In this document: in pieces, positions 27,791 to 36,588 of the stretch | Layout of the letters: every line of letters begins with the position of its first letter | How positions within the stretch are numbered: the stretch's first letter is position 1 | Assembly: GCA_964590205.1 (NCBI GenBank) | Contig: CAZPVO010000003.1 | Span: forward strand, 682 to 64,681 | Length of the DNA stretch: 64,000 nucleotides | Source: an uncultured Candidatus Saccharibacteria bacterium | GTDB taxonomy: Bacteria > Patescibacteriota > Saccharimonadia > Saccharimonadales > JAGQNJ01 | Direction of reading: 5' to 3' | Notes under the pieces: generated by a model | Told to the model about the DNA's origin: nothing | Databases searched by the model: none | Seen by the model: the letters and a program-made list of their open reading frames with translations, nothing else | Made by a program: the position numbers and the translations under genes

Positions 27791-28192
27791 ATATATAGTC
27801 TCTCAAAGATGATTAACTCATACCTGCCTAACAGGGGAGTTTTAACGTAAAAACGTGTTTGGACGTGTTTTTGTGATGTCACTGCACTACACGCATACTT
27901 GCATTTCAATAAGCACCTAGACACTCAAATATCCTTCTAGTGTCTCGTTACATTTTTAACCACAATTTGACTTTTCCACAGTGCGGTGTTGCTATATTTG
28001 CTTTTTCGTGTGATTTATGTCGCTTTTTATTTATCCCCTGTCCTGCTATATTTCACGGAAAATTTGACTTTTCACGATTTCGATATGTTCGTATAGTTTT
28101 TTTAGAATAGCAGGTGTCACTCACTAATGAACAAAATCCGAACATTGAGGGGAGAGTGGCAGAAGGCCTATCGGGTTCAGCTCAGAGGCCTA

Positions 28193-29098
28193 CTACTTGT
28201 AAAATGCGTGTCCTTCAACTCGAACGTCCACATATTCAGCCGGCGTAACCTTATCAGCCTCTAGTTTCCCCTTCACCGCCAGATACGTACCTGACTGCAA
28301 GCGAGGATCACTGGCAAAGGTCATTTTGATGTAATACGGCTTATCGGCAAGTTTTACATACACCTCGTTCGCTAACGGGGGTAGGATGAATGAAATATTT
28401 TTGACTCCTTTATCCGCTAATTGTGCCTGAACGTTTTGTAAAAACTGAATCTGTGAGGAAGGCAAATATTGTTTGCCAACAGTGGTGTCTTGATTAGTCT
28501 GGTCTTCAATATGAACGAGGTTACTTTGCGGCAATGTTTGATCGCCTTTCATGATGATTCGCCCTTGTTCATCGAGAGCGTAAATATCATTGCTGCCTTT
28601 TTGCAGTAAAAAGGTCGGTTGGGTAATTTGCAAATAGTACACGGGTCGCCGATTTATCAGAGGTAAACTGACGTTAGCACCGGCAATTTCCGGGAATAGT
28701 TTTTGAATATTACGAGCTAATCCTGTCGTGTTAATCGTGATCTTGGTTTTACTTAAGGGTGAGCTTTTTAAATCCTTTTCGGCAGCCTGTTTATAAGCGC
28801 CCGAACTCCGTAGTAGCGATGGTGTTGCTTGATCATGCTCGTTAACAATAACAATCTTCGGATTTGGATCAATCGTCAAAATATACAAAAAACATCCCGC
28901 AATGACTATCAGCGTTAGTATGGTAGTAATATGCAGTCGGCGTAGGCCAGATTTTGTTTTCTTAGTACGCTGTTGAACCGCATCTACGCTGTCGTTTTTA
29001 GGGATCACACGGTTCTGGTAAAAGGAAAATACCGCTCGATCACTTTGAGTGTTTGTTATCCGGCCTGGTTTATTTTGTTTTTTTCTCAATATGCTCAC
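28193..29098 (-). CDS. ftsQ: cell division protein FtsQ/DivIB-like
   Basis: Cytoplasmic N-terminus, one TM helix, and a POTRA-like plus beta domain. It occupies the last position of the dcw cluster, after murG. Confidence 0.6.
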   Translation of the reverse strand: MSILRKKQNKPGRITNTQSDRAVFSFYQNRVIPKNDSVDAVQQRTKKTKSGLRRLHITTILTLIVIAGCFLYILTIDPNPKIVIVNEHDQATPSLLRSSGAYKQAAEKDLKSSPLSKTKITINTTGLARNIQKLFPEIAGANVSLPLINRRPVYYLQITQPTFLLQKGSNDIYALDEQGRIIMKGDQTLPQSNLVHIEDQTNQDTTVGKQYLPSSQIQFLQNVQAQLADKGVKNISFILPPLANEVYVKLADKPYYIKMTFASDPRLQSGTYLAVKGKLEADKVTPAEYVDVRVEGHAFYK

Positions 29099-29104
29099 TG
29101 TTTT

Positions 29105-30316
29105 CTATTTTTTCTGTTTTTCGTGTACATAATCAACCGATTCTAACAGGATGGTGGCTAGTCGTGCTGCCGCTTGGGGTTGAGCCAAGTTATGCAGTTG
29201 AGTACTCAGCTTTTCCTGCACTTGAGTGTCATTAATAAGAGCAGCAATAGCAATACCAAGCGCATGGGGGTCTTTATTGAGCACTTCCTCATGCACCACC
29301 TCCACTGCCCCACTTTCATTTAAATGTGTGGCATTGGTCAACTGATGACCGCCTGTCAAAAATGGATTCGGAACTAAAATTGTTGGTTTTCCCTGCAAGG
29401 CCAGTTCTGCAATTGTAGTTGCGCCAGCGCGAGTAACCACAACGTCGGCTGCCCCACTATAGAGGTGCATATCTGTTAAAAATTCAGCCACCTGCACTCG
29501 AGGCATTAGTTCTGAAGGAAGATTACTGTAAATACCTGTATTGCCCTTCCCTGCTTGGTGCAAAATATAAAGTTTGGGATGATTTGTCAGAAGCTCCTGT
29601 GCGTCCATACCCATGTAGGTATTAAGCCGCTCGGCACCTAGGCTACCACCAGATATAAACACAATTTGCGCATCGGACGGCAGTTTGAGCTGATTTCTGT
29701 ATTGCTGCTTTTTCGCCGGTGTTACAAACTCATATTCTTGTGCCAGCGGAATACCGACAAACTCCGTACTCTCGGCTGGGTAATTATAAAATTCCTTCGG
29801 CATACCAACGGCGTGCAAAAATGCACCTTTAGCAATCATGCGATTAGCCAGGCCTGGTAAGGTATCAGAATCGTGAGTAATATACGGAATCCCTAATTTT
29901 GCGCAGGCCTTGCCTACCGGTACGCCAACAAAACCGCCTTTTATAAACACAACATCAGGTCGAATTTGTTTGAGAAGCTTCTTTGCCTGGCCCATGCCGG
30001 CTGCAAAGCGAAAAAAATCACGTGCATTTAACAAGTTAGTTTTGACATCGAACAAATGTGACAAAAACGATTGACCATTATAGCGACGGAACTTTCCAGC
30101 ACTCACTGCATATGTCTGATCAATCAACCTCTTATCTTTGGCTAAATCAAAAAACTTACCGTCTTTTTCACCGATATACAGTAATTGGCAATCGGGCTTC
30201 TGTTTTTTTAGCTCAGCGGCTACGGCCAGGAGTGGCGTAATATGGCCGCCGCTCCCCCCGCCCACGAGTGCGATAGTCAGGGGCCGAGGTTTGATCTGTT
30301 TTTGTGTTTGATTCAT
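29105..30316 (-). CDS. murG: undecaprenyldiphospho-muramoylpentapeptide beta-N-acetylglucosaminyltransferase
   Basis: IALVGGGSGGHITP G-loop and GT28 C-terminal domain (GAGTTIAELALQGKP-type segment RAGATTIAELALQGKP). Start taken at MNQTQKQ (30316). Confidence 0.9.
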   Translation of the reverse strand: MNQTQKQIKPRPLTIALVGGGSGGHITPLLAVAAELKKQKPDCQLLYIGEKDGKFFDLAKDKRLIDQTYAVSAGKFRRYNGQSFLSHLFDVKTNLLNARDFFRFAAGMGQAKKLLKQIRPDVVFIKGGFVGVPVGKACAKLGIPYITHDSDTLPGLANRMIAKGAFLHAVGMPKEFYNYPAESTEFVGIPLAQEYEFVTPAKKQQYRNQLKLPSDAQIVFISGGSLGAERLNTYMGMDAQELLTNHPKLYILHQAGKGNTGIYSNLPSELMPRVQVAEFLTDMHLYSGAADVVVTRAGATTIAELALQGKPTILVPNPFLTGGHQLTNATHLNESGAVEVVHEEVLNKDPHALGIAIAALINDTQVQEKLSTQLHNLAQPQAAARLATILLESVDYVHEKQKK

Positions 30317-31478
30317 ACCTATATGTAGTATACCGTGAAATACTAAAAACAACACCGATAGCGAGCGTTACAAATATGATGCTTGTGCCGCCATAACTGA
30401 TAAACGGCAGCGTAATGCCCTTAAGTGGCAAAAGCCCCAACATAGCACCAACATTAATAATCGCTTGGGTACTCAGCCATGCAACAATGCCGGTCACCAG
30501 CAATCGGCTGTAGTCGTCCGGGGCTCGCTCCATAATTTTTGCCATACGCGATAATAACGCCCCAAATAAGCCGATTAATATCGCCGTCCCAATAAACCCG
30601 AACTTTTCAGCATAAATGGCAAATATCGAGTCATTTGCAGCCTCAGGCAAATAACCGTAAGCTTGTACACTCCCGCCAATGCCAAGGCCAATAATTCCAC
30701 CAGAACCTACGGCAATAAGTGCCTGGCAAGATTGATAGCCGGTATTTTGGCAATCACGAGCCGGCTGGAAAAACGTTTGCAGACGCTGTCGGCGATAGCT
30801 AAATGGCAGAATAACAATGATGGCACCGACACCAATAACCGCTCCAATCATCAGTACTTTTTTCAGCGGCAATCCGGCCACAAACGACATGGAACCCATA
30901 ATCGCAATCATTACAGCAGTTGAACCAAAGTCACTTTGTAAAATAGCAACTACAACGGCAATGATGCCAAACGCAATGATTAAAACTTTAAGCGTCTTGC
31001 TGCTGTCTTCGAGCGTACCGGTGCGAATTCGGTCACTTAAAAAGCCAGCCAACCAGATAATCAGTGCAAACTTAATAAGTTCAGCCGCCTGGAATGAAAA
31101 CCCACCAATTTGAATCCAACGATACGCACCGTTGATTCGTTCGCCAAATAACCTTACTGCAACCGAAGCGGCACCAGCTGCCACGAGCAGCGGCATTTCA
31201 AACTTACGCCACATTCTTACTGGCATATTACACACACCAACAAAAGCAATAATTCCTAAAATAATGGCTGCCAGCTGACGGGTAAAGTAATAGTTTTCAC
31301 CAACTTTCTGCTGGGCTGCCAAGCCCGGACTAATAGCGTAAACTACCATTAAACCAATGCCGAGCAGTAATACTGAAAGCATAAGTAACATATAATCTGG
31401 TTTGTGACGGCGAGTTGTAGCGCTGCCTGGCGTAGAAATGAGCGGACGTCGCCGAGCAGAATATGAGCGGATGTTCAT
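30213..31478 (-). CDS. ftsW: SEDS family peptidoglycan polymerase FtsW/RodA
   Basis: Ten-TM SEDS pattern, e.g. PLKGITLPFISYGGTSI. It has a basic C-terminal tail. Confidence 0.9.
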   Translation of the reverse strand: MNIRSYSARRRPLISTPGSATTRRHKPDYMLLMLSVLLLGIGLMVVYAISPGLAAQQKVGENYYFTRQLAAIILGIIAFVGVCNMPVRMWRKFEMPLLVAAGAASVAVRLFGERINGAYRWIQIGGFSFQAAELIKFALIIWLAGFLSDRIRTGTLEDSSKTLKVLIIAFGIIAVVVAILQSDFGSTAVMIAIMGSMSFVAGLPLKKVLMIGAVIGVGAIIVILPFSYRRQRLQTFFQPARDCQNTGYQSCQALIAVGSGGIIGLGIGGSVQAYGYLPEAANDSIFAIYAEKFGFIGTAILIGLFGALLSRMAKIMERAPDDYSRLLVTGIVAWLSTQAIINVGAMLGLLPLKGITLPFISYGGTSIIFVTLAIGVVFSISRYTTYRYESNTKTDQTSAPDYRTRGRGERRPYYATPGRSR

Positions 31479-32518
31479 AAATATTTACCTAGTACAAAGA
31501 TGATCAAGCCAACCACAGCAGCCACTTGACCTAAAATCCAAAAACGCATCGTTACCTTTGTTTCTGGCCAGCCACTGGCTTCGAAGTGATGATGGATTGG
31601 CGCGATCTTAAAGACTTTTTTACCATTTCGCAGTTTTTTGGACACGATCTGAATCATTGATGAGCCGGCTTCGGCAACAAATACTACACCGATAATTGGC
31701 AAAAGCACCACTGTGTTCGTAATCATCGCAATCACACCAAGCGCTGTTCCGAGTGCAAACGAACCAACGTCACCCATGAAGAAGCGCGCTGGATAAATAT
31801 TAAACCAAGTATAAGACAGCAAAGCGCCGACCATTGTCATACAAAAGCCTGCCACACCATATCGGCCCTCTAAGAAAGCAATGACAGCATAGGCGCCAAA
31901 CGCAATCGATGTCAGGCCACCTGCCAGGCCATCTTCCCCGTCTGTAATGTTCACGGCATTCGCTGTTGCCACAACCACCAGCACAAACAATGGAATAATA
32001 AGCCAACCGACATGCCATTCGCCGTAAACAGGAATATGAATACTTGAGACATCTAATTTTGCAAAGAAATACCAACCGCCAATTAAAGCAACCAAAATTG
32101 TCAGCAATAATTTTAATTTTGATGGCAAGCCAGCAACACCCTTACCGCTGCCACGAATGTTAATAATGTCATCGAGCAAGCCAACAGCACCAGCACCAAC
32201 AAATGCAGCCAATGGCAGCCAGGTTTGCGAACGACTAAGGTTTAAAACAAGTGTCACCGCTGTGACTGAAATAACAAATATTAAACCAGCCATCACTGGA
32301 ATATGTCGCTTGTGTTTTTCACCATGGAGACTATTGAAAACCTTGGCTGTTTCGCCAGTTACGGCAGTTGTGCGTGGTTTTTTCCACCACTGCCAATGAA
32401 AAGCCATCGACGTATAAATGGGAGTGATCAACATACTCACCAAGAAACCTAAGAAACCCAATCCAAGGATTTGAATAAGCGTACTATTGTCGACAATGAT
32501 TGTTAGTGTTTGGTTCAT
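31475..32518 (-). CDS. mraY: phospho-N-acetylmuramoyl-pentapeptide transferase
   Basis: NAVNITDGEDGLAGG, MGDVGSFALG and APIHHHFE motifs. Confidence 0.93.
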   Translation of the reverse strand: MNQTLTIIVDNSTLIQILGLGFLGFLVSMLITPIYTSMAFHWQWWKKPRTTAVTGETAKVFNSLHGEKHKRHIPVMAGLIFVISVTAVTLVLNLSRSQTWLPLAAFVGAGAVGLLDDIINIRGSGKGVAGLPSKLKLLLTILVALIGGWYFFAKLDVSSIHIPVYGEWHVGWLIIPLFVLVVVATANAVNITDGEDGLAGGLTSIAFGAYAVIAFLEGRYGVAGFCMTMVGALLSYTWFNIYPARFFMGDVGSFALGTALGVIAMITNTVVLLPIIGVVFVAEAGSSMIQIVSKKLRNGKKVFKIAPIHHHFEASGWPETKVTMRFWILGQVAAVVGLIIFVLGKYL

Positions 32519-32541
32519 TTGTATCCTTTTATTATAACGCT

Positions 32542-34311
32542 TTAGTGTGTTTGTGCAGTGACATTTCCTGTATTAATTAACATTTGAGCAACGTCAGAAA
32601 AAATTGGCGCTGCAGCTTTGGACCCCGCGTAGCCAGCAATTTTTGGTTCATTGACACGAACAACAACGACATACTGTGGTGAATCACCACCAATAAAGCC
32701 AATAAATGTTCCATTAAACTTATCCTCATAGTAGCCGCCACCAGGTTTGGCTATCTGAGCAGTTCCTGTTTTACCGCCAATATTATAGCCGGCCGGTACG
32801 CTCGACATCCCATAAACTAAGTGATTCTTATTAAAGGTGTACTGCATGAAACCTTGAAGATCCTGCGACACATCAGCCTTGATGTCATTTGGCTTGAGCA
32901 CATCGGGTTTACTCCACTGTACATTCCCGGTATCGTCACCGTAACCATCAACCAGCCGTGGCCGGTAATATGTACCGCCGTTAATAACAGTTGATAACGC
33001 TGCGCCCATTTGCAGCGGCGTGGCAGTCATACCTTGCCCAAAGGCGGTGTTTGCATATTGAATATTAAGCCCGTACCCTTTTTTGGGATCCGGTACATAA
33101 CCATCCGCCTCATAACCTTGCTCAATACCGGTCGCTTTGCCGAAGTGATAGTGATTTGCCATGTAGTCGTACCAAGTTGTTCGGGCCTTTTCATTAATTT
33201 GGCCGCCGCCCATTTGCATCAAAAGCCAGGTTGCACCAGTGTTGAGCGATAGCTGTAAAATGTCGGCAATGCTCTTGGTCCCTGCCCCGCCATCTTCCTC
33301 AATGTTCGTGATTGTGGCGTCATCAACTGTAAAGTGTGCCGGGTCGTAGTATGTTTGGTTTTTGCTTACAGCGCCGCTATTGAGTGCAGCTGCAGCAGTG
33401 AGTGGTTTCATTGACGAACCAACTTCGAGTGGCGAGCTCACAGCCGAGTTACTAAAGACACTTGCATCAGACACATTGTAAAACTCCGCTGGATTGTATG
33501 TTGGAAAGTTCGCCATGGCTTTAATGGCTCCAGAATTTGGATCCATAACTAAAACGCTTCCTGATTTAGACTGGGCTCGATCCAAGCCTTTCTTAAGCAA
33601 ATCTTCTACCTGCTGTTGCAGAGCAATATCAATAGTTAAGACAACCTGCTTGCCAGCTTTTGGCGCAGTGTTGATATTATCTTTATTGGCGACCAGCGGC
33701 ACACCTCGTGCATCAGTAATTGCCTTAAGTTGACCTGGGGTTCCTTTTAGCTGATTTTGCAGTGCCTGCTCGATGCCGTACTTACCTTCTCCATCATCGT
33801 TCACAAAACCAAGCAATTGCGAAGCAAGTTGGCCTTGAGGATACGTGCGATACGACTCCTCGCGCGTTCCGAGTCCCTTCTGATTTAAGTCATCGAGTTT
33901 TTTCTGCTGATCCTTACTTAGTTTTTTTGCTAAGATCGCGTAACGAGTATTGGCTTTCATCGCTTTGGCGTAGTCGCTGGCATTGCCGCCAATAATGCCC
34001 TGCACCTGTGTGGCCACTTTGTCAGGTTCTTTTATATACTTCGGATCGGCGAATAGCGTGTATAGTTTTTCATTCAATACAATTGGTACAACATGCGAAC
34101 CATCATGGGCTTCAATCGAACCGCGATCGGCTGGGATTTCATATTCTTTGAGTTGGTTGGCATGCGCTTGTTGCTGATAATAACTGTGGCGAATTACCTG
34201 TAAATAAAAAAGGCGAATGATAAAAACAGCACCTATAACAATAAGCACTAGATACCAAAGTCGAAGACGCTGGTGTAAATTCGAACTTGATGGTTGGCTG
34301 TTCGGTGGCAT
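32542..34311 (-). CDS. ftsI: class B penicillin-binding protein (FtsI-type transpeptidase)
   Basis: N-terminal TM helix, dimerisation domain, SSMKP (SxxK) and KTGTAQ (KTG) motifs. Confidence 0.9.
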   Translation of the reverse strand: MPPNSQPSSSNLHQRLRLWYLVLIVIGAVFIIRLFYLQVIRHSYYQQQAHANQLKEYEIPADRGSIEAHDGSHVVPIVLNEKLYTLFADPKYIKEPDKVATQVQGIIGGNASDYAKAMKANTRYAILAKKLSKDQQKKLDDLNQKGLGTREESYRTYPQGQLASQLLGFVNDDGEGKYGIEQALQNQLKGTPGQLKAITDARGVPLVANKDNINTAPKAGKQVVLTIDIALQQQVEDLLKKGLDRAQSKSGSVLVMDPNSGAIKAMANFPTYNPAEFYNVSDASVFSNSAVSSPLEVGSSMKPLTAAAALNSGAVSKNQTYYDPAHFTVDDATITNIEEDGGAGTKSIADILQLSLNTGATWLLMQMGGGQINEKARTTWYDYMANHYHFGKATGIEQGYEADGYVPDPKKGYGLNIQYANTAFGQGMTATPLQMGAALSTVINGGTYYRPRLVDGYGDDTGNVQWSKPDVLKPNDIKADVSQDLQGFMQYTFNKNHLVYGMSSVPAGYNIGGKTGTAQIAKPGGGYYEDKFNGTFIGFIGGDSPQYVVVVRVNEPKIAGYAGSKAAAPIFSDVAQMLINTGNVTAQTH

Positions 34312-34357
34312 AATCTGTTTTTCCTAGAGGTGAATCTAGTTTAGCATAACCACGTTT

Positions 34358-34702
34358 TTAGTTTTGAACACTGCCGCTTGGTGCAACACTGACTAAGCCT
34401 TTTGCTGCATCGCTATTCTTAACACGATCGACTGATTGTAAACGAGCTGCAGATACTTCAAGCTCATTATGCTCTTGTGAAAGTTGATTCTGTTGTTCTT
34501 TAAGGCTGTTAATTTTATAACCGTATGCGTTGGTTTTTGTTACCTGAGTCAGATATAAAAGTCCAAGCAAACAAGCCAAAACAATAAGAATAATCGTGTT
34601 GCTGACTGGGCCAATGCCCTTTCGTTCACCTTGGTATTTGGTGAAGTTCTGGTTCCTTGATGCGAACCGTTGGCGGTTGAGCGCCATGGTGGAGTATGTC
34701 AT
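34358..34702 (-). CDS. ftsL: FtsL/DivIC-like septation protein
   Basis: Small bitopic protein with a TM helix and a coiled coil (KINSLKEQQNQLSQEHNELEV). It sits at the position between rsmH and ftsI. Confidence 0.6.
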   Translation of the reverse strand: MTYSTMALNRQRFASRNQNFTKYQGERKGIGPVSNTIILIVLACLLGLLYLTQVTKTNAYGYKINSLKEQQNQLSQEHNELEVSAARLQSVDRVKNSDAAKGLVSVAPSGSVQN

Positions 34703-34817
34703 ATTTTTTGTTTTTGTTTTAGTTAATATTTTTGGCGTGTGAGCCCCGATTTCTCAGGACTCACACTGTTCACGCTCGAGCTATAACACTCTTACACGAA
34801 CTTTGTAGGTTCGGGAG

Positions 34818-35801
34818 CTACTTTTTACCTGAATTGGCATTGGTCTCCCTTTCTTTTGTGTTTATTTTTACTGCGGCTCGAAGTTTCGCACTTCTTGCTC
34901 GCGGATTGGAAGCTAACTCATTTTTACTCGCACTTACAGGCTGTTTGGTGAGCAGTGTAAGCTCACTATCATATCGCTCGCCACTAAATTCACTCAAAAA
35001 CTTTTTAACGATCCTATCTTCTAAACTGTGGAAGCTTATGATTACCAAACGGCCACCAGGTTTTAATAGCTGCAAGCAAATTGGTAACACTTTCTCAAGC
35101 TGCATCAGTTCGTTATTAACAGCAATTCGGAGTGCTTGAAAGGTTCGTGTTGCCGGATGCACTTTGCTATGTCCTGGCCACGCGCGAGTAACTATTTGCG
35201 CAAGCTGTGAGGTCGTTGTAATTGGACGACTGCTGACTATTAAGCTGGCGATTTTGCGAGCTTTTGGCTCTTCACCGTATTGTCTTAATAGCTCGGCAAT
35301 TGCTTGTTCGGGATATGTATTGACTATATCTGCCGCTGTGAGTGGCTGCCGATTATCCATTCGCATATCCAGTGGAGCATCATCTTTTAAGCTAAATCCC
35401 CTGCTTGCATTGTCAAGGTGCGCTGAGCTGACTCCTAGGTCGGCCAGGATCATATCGAATTGCCTGTCTTGTTCGTTCAAATGCTTTGCTGCTGTCAAAA
35501 AATCTTCGTGTAGTATTGTTACTGCTTCGTCTTTGGCAAATCGTTTTTTTAGTGTCTCTACTGCCTGCTCATCCCGGTCAACGAGTACACTATCCTGTCC
35601 GTTTAAGGTGCGCGCCAATACTTCACTAGCGTGTCCGCCGTATCCTGCCGTCAAGTCCAAATAATTTTGGCCCTTTGCTGGTTTGAGATACTGCAGAACT
35701 TCATCTAGAAGTACTGGTATATGTATTTGGTGATCTTTTTGTTTTTGCATTTTTTGTTTTTGCTTCGTTATATGTTCAAGGTCACCTGTTTCAGCAGTCA
35801 A
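34818..35801 (-). CDS. rsmH: 16S rRNA (cytosine1402-N4)-methyltransferase RsmH
   Basis: HIPVLLDEVLQYL, DLTAGYGGHA and ISFHSLEDRIVK motifs. The true start is perhaps the ATG at 35750 (MQKQKDHQIHIPVLL). Confidence 0.92.
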   Translation of the reverse strand: MTAETGDLEHITKQKQKMQKQKDHQIHIPVLLDEVLQYLKPAKGQNYLDLTAGYGGHASEVLARTLNGQDSVLVDRDEQAVETLKKRFAKDEAVTILHEDFLTAAKHLNEQDRQFDMILADLGVSSAHLDNASRGFSLKDDAPLDMRMDNRQPLTAADIVNTYPEQAIAELLRQYGEEPKARKIASLIVSSRPITTTSQLAQIVTRAWPGHSKVHPATRTFQALRIAVNNELMQLEKVLPICLQLLKPGGRLVIISFHSLEDRIVKKFLSEFSGERYDSELTLLTKQPVSASKNELASNPRARSAKLRAAVKINTKERETNANSGKK

Positions 35802-36082
35802 CTTTTTGTTTTTTCGTTGTTTTTGTTTTTGTTTGTCATGTAATTTAGTTTGATAGTAGAAAATGTTTGTATGACTTATTAGATCATAGACATTTCTTAC
35901 AACTCAATTACATTTGAGAGACTTTGTGTGAGGTGGAGTTTTGGGAGGTGTTGTTTGTCGTAATGTGCGAGGACTTTTTTAAGGTTAGTCCCATGAAACC
36001 TGTTGGCTGCCGAACAGGTACTCTCGAGTGATTCTGTTCGGTTTTTCCGAATTGTTAATGTACAGTTCTCTTAAATAACAAT

Positions 36083-36442
36083 CTATATAGCGCTTATGCG
36101 CCAGTACTTGCCTACACGCACAGCACTGACATTACGATCAATATGAGCGTAGTCCAGCAAATGCTGCTCGAGTGTTACTCGGCCCTGCTTAGTATCAATC
36201 AGGCTTTCTGTTTTACCAGTTCTGAATTGAACATTCAAATCAGCAATTTGCTCATCTAAAATGCTACCTTGCAGCTCGGGTTCCACTAATTCGTCCCATA
36301 CCGATTTGGGGTACAGGTGCAAGTAGTCTTTGAAACCTTGAGTAATCACTACGCCACTTGTGAATTCATCACGAAGTTCGGTCGGTATTGTTAACCGCCT
36401 TTTATCGTCTAGTTTCCTCTCGAAATAGTCCACTGTGGCCAT
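36083..36442 (-). CDS. mraZ: transcriptional regulator MraZ (short form)
   Basis: Two SpoVT/AbrB-like half motifs, LDDKRRLTIPTELRDEF and DTKQGRVTLEQHLLDYAHI. It is the first gene of the dcw cluster. Confidence 0.8.
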   Translation of the reverse strand: MATVDYFERKLDDKRRLTIPTELRDEFTSGVVITQGFKDYLHLYPKSVWDELVEPELQGSILDEQIADLNVQFRTGKTESLIDTKQGRVTLEQHLLDYAHIDRNVSAVRVGKYWRISAI

Positions 36443-36499
36443 AGGCTTTGATTGTTATTGTTCTTGGGTTGTTTTTGTTTTTTTGGTGGTAGTTCGTGT

Positions 36500-36588
36500 T
36501 ACCCACAATTACCCACTGCCATGAGCATACTACCCACAGCTACCCACGTGCAAGCCTTTTTATCTGTTTCTTTGCTTACTTATCCACA
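36500..36588 (-). promoter_or_regulatory. phased GTGGGTA repeat array (putative MraZ operator)
   Basis: On the + strand, TACCCAC occurs at 36500, 36510, 36531 and 36541, and TATCCAC at 36581. The offsets of 10, 21, 10 and 40 bp are all near multiples of a helical turn. The array lies 58-146 bp upstream of the mraZ ATG. Confidence 0.6.

Noticed and set aside
27571-27924. 117-aa ORF on the - strand as a gene
   Set aside because: It is Cys/Phe/Tyr-rich and AT-driven in composition, has no start context, and spans the dif-like palindrome and other hairpins.
27565-28192. oriC interpretation of the AT-rich gap (TTTTCCACA DnaA-box-like 9-mer at 27973-27981)
   Set aside because: Flanking genes converge on the gap rather than diverge from it. 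Only one weak box is present, and no dnaA or dnaN is nearby. A terminus fits better.
34732-35664. ORFs 34732..35139 and 35164..35664 (+) antisense to rsmH
   Set aside because: rsmH on the - strand has unambiguous family motifs across this span. The + strand ORFs are Ser/Cys/Leu-rich shadow frames.
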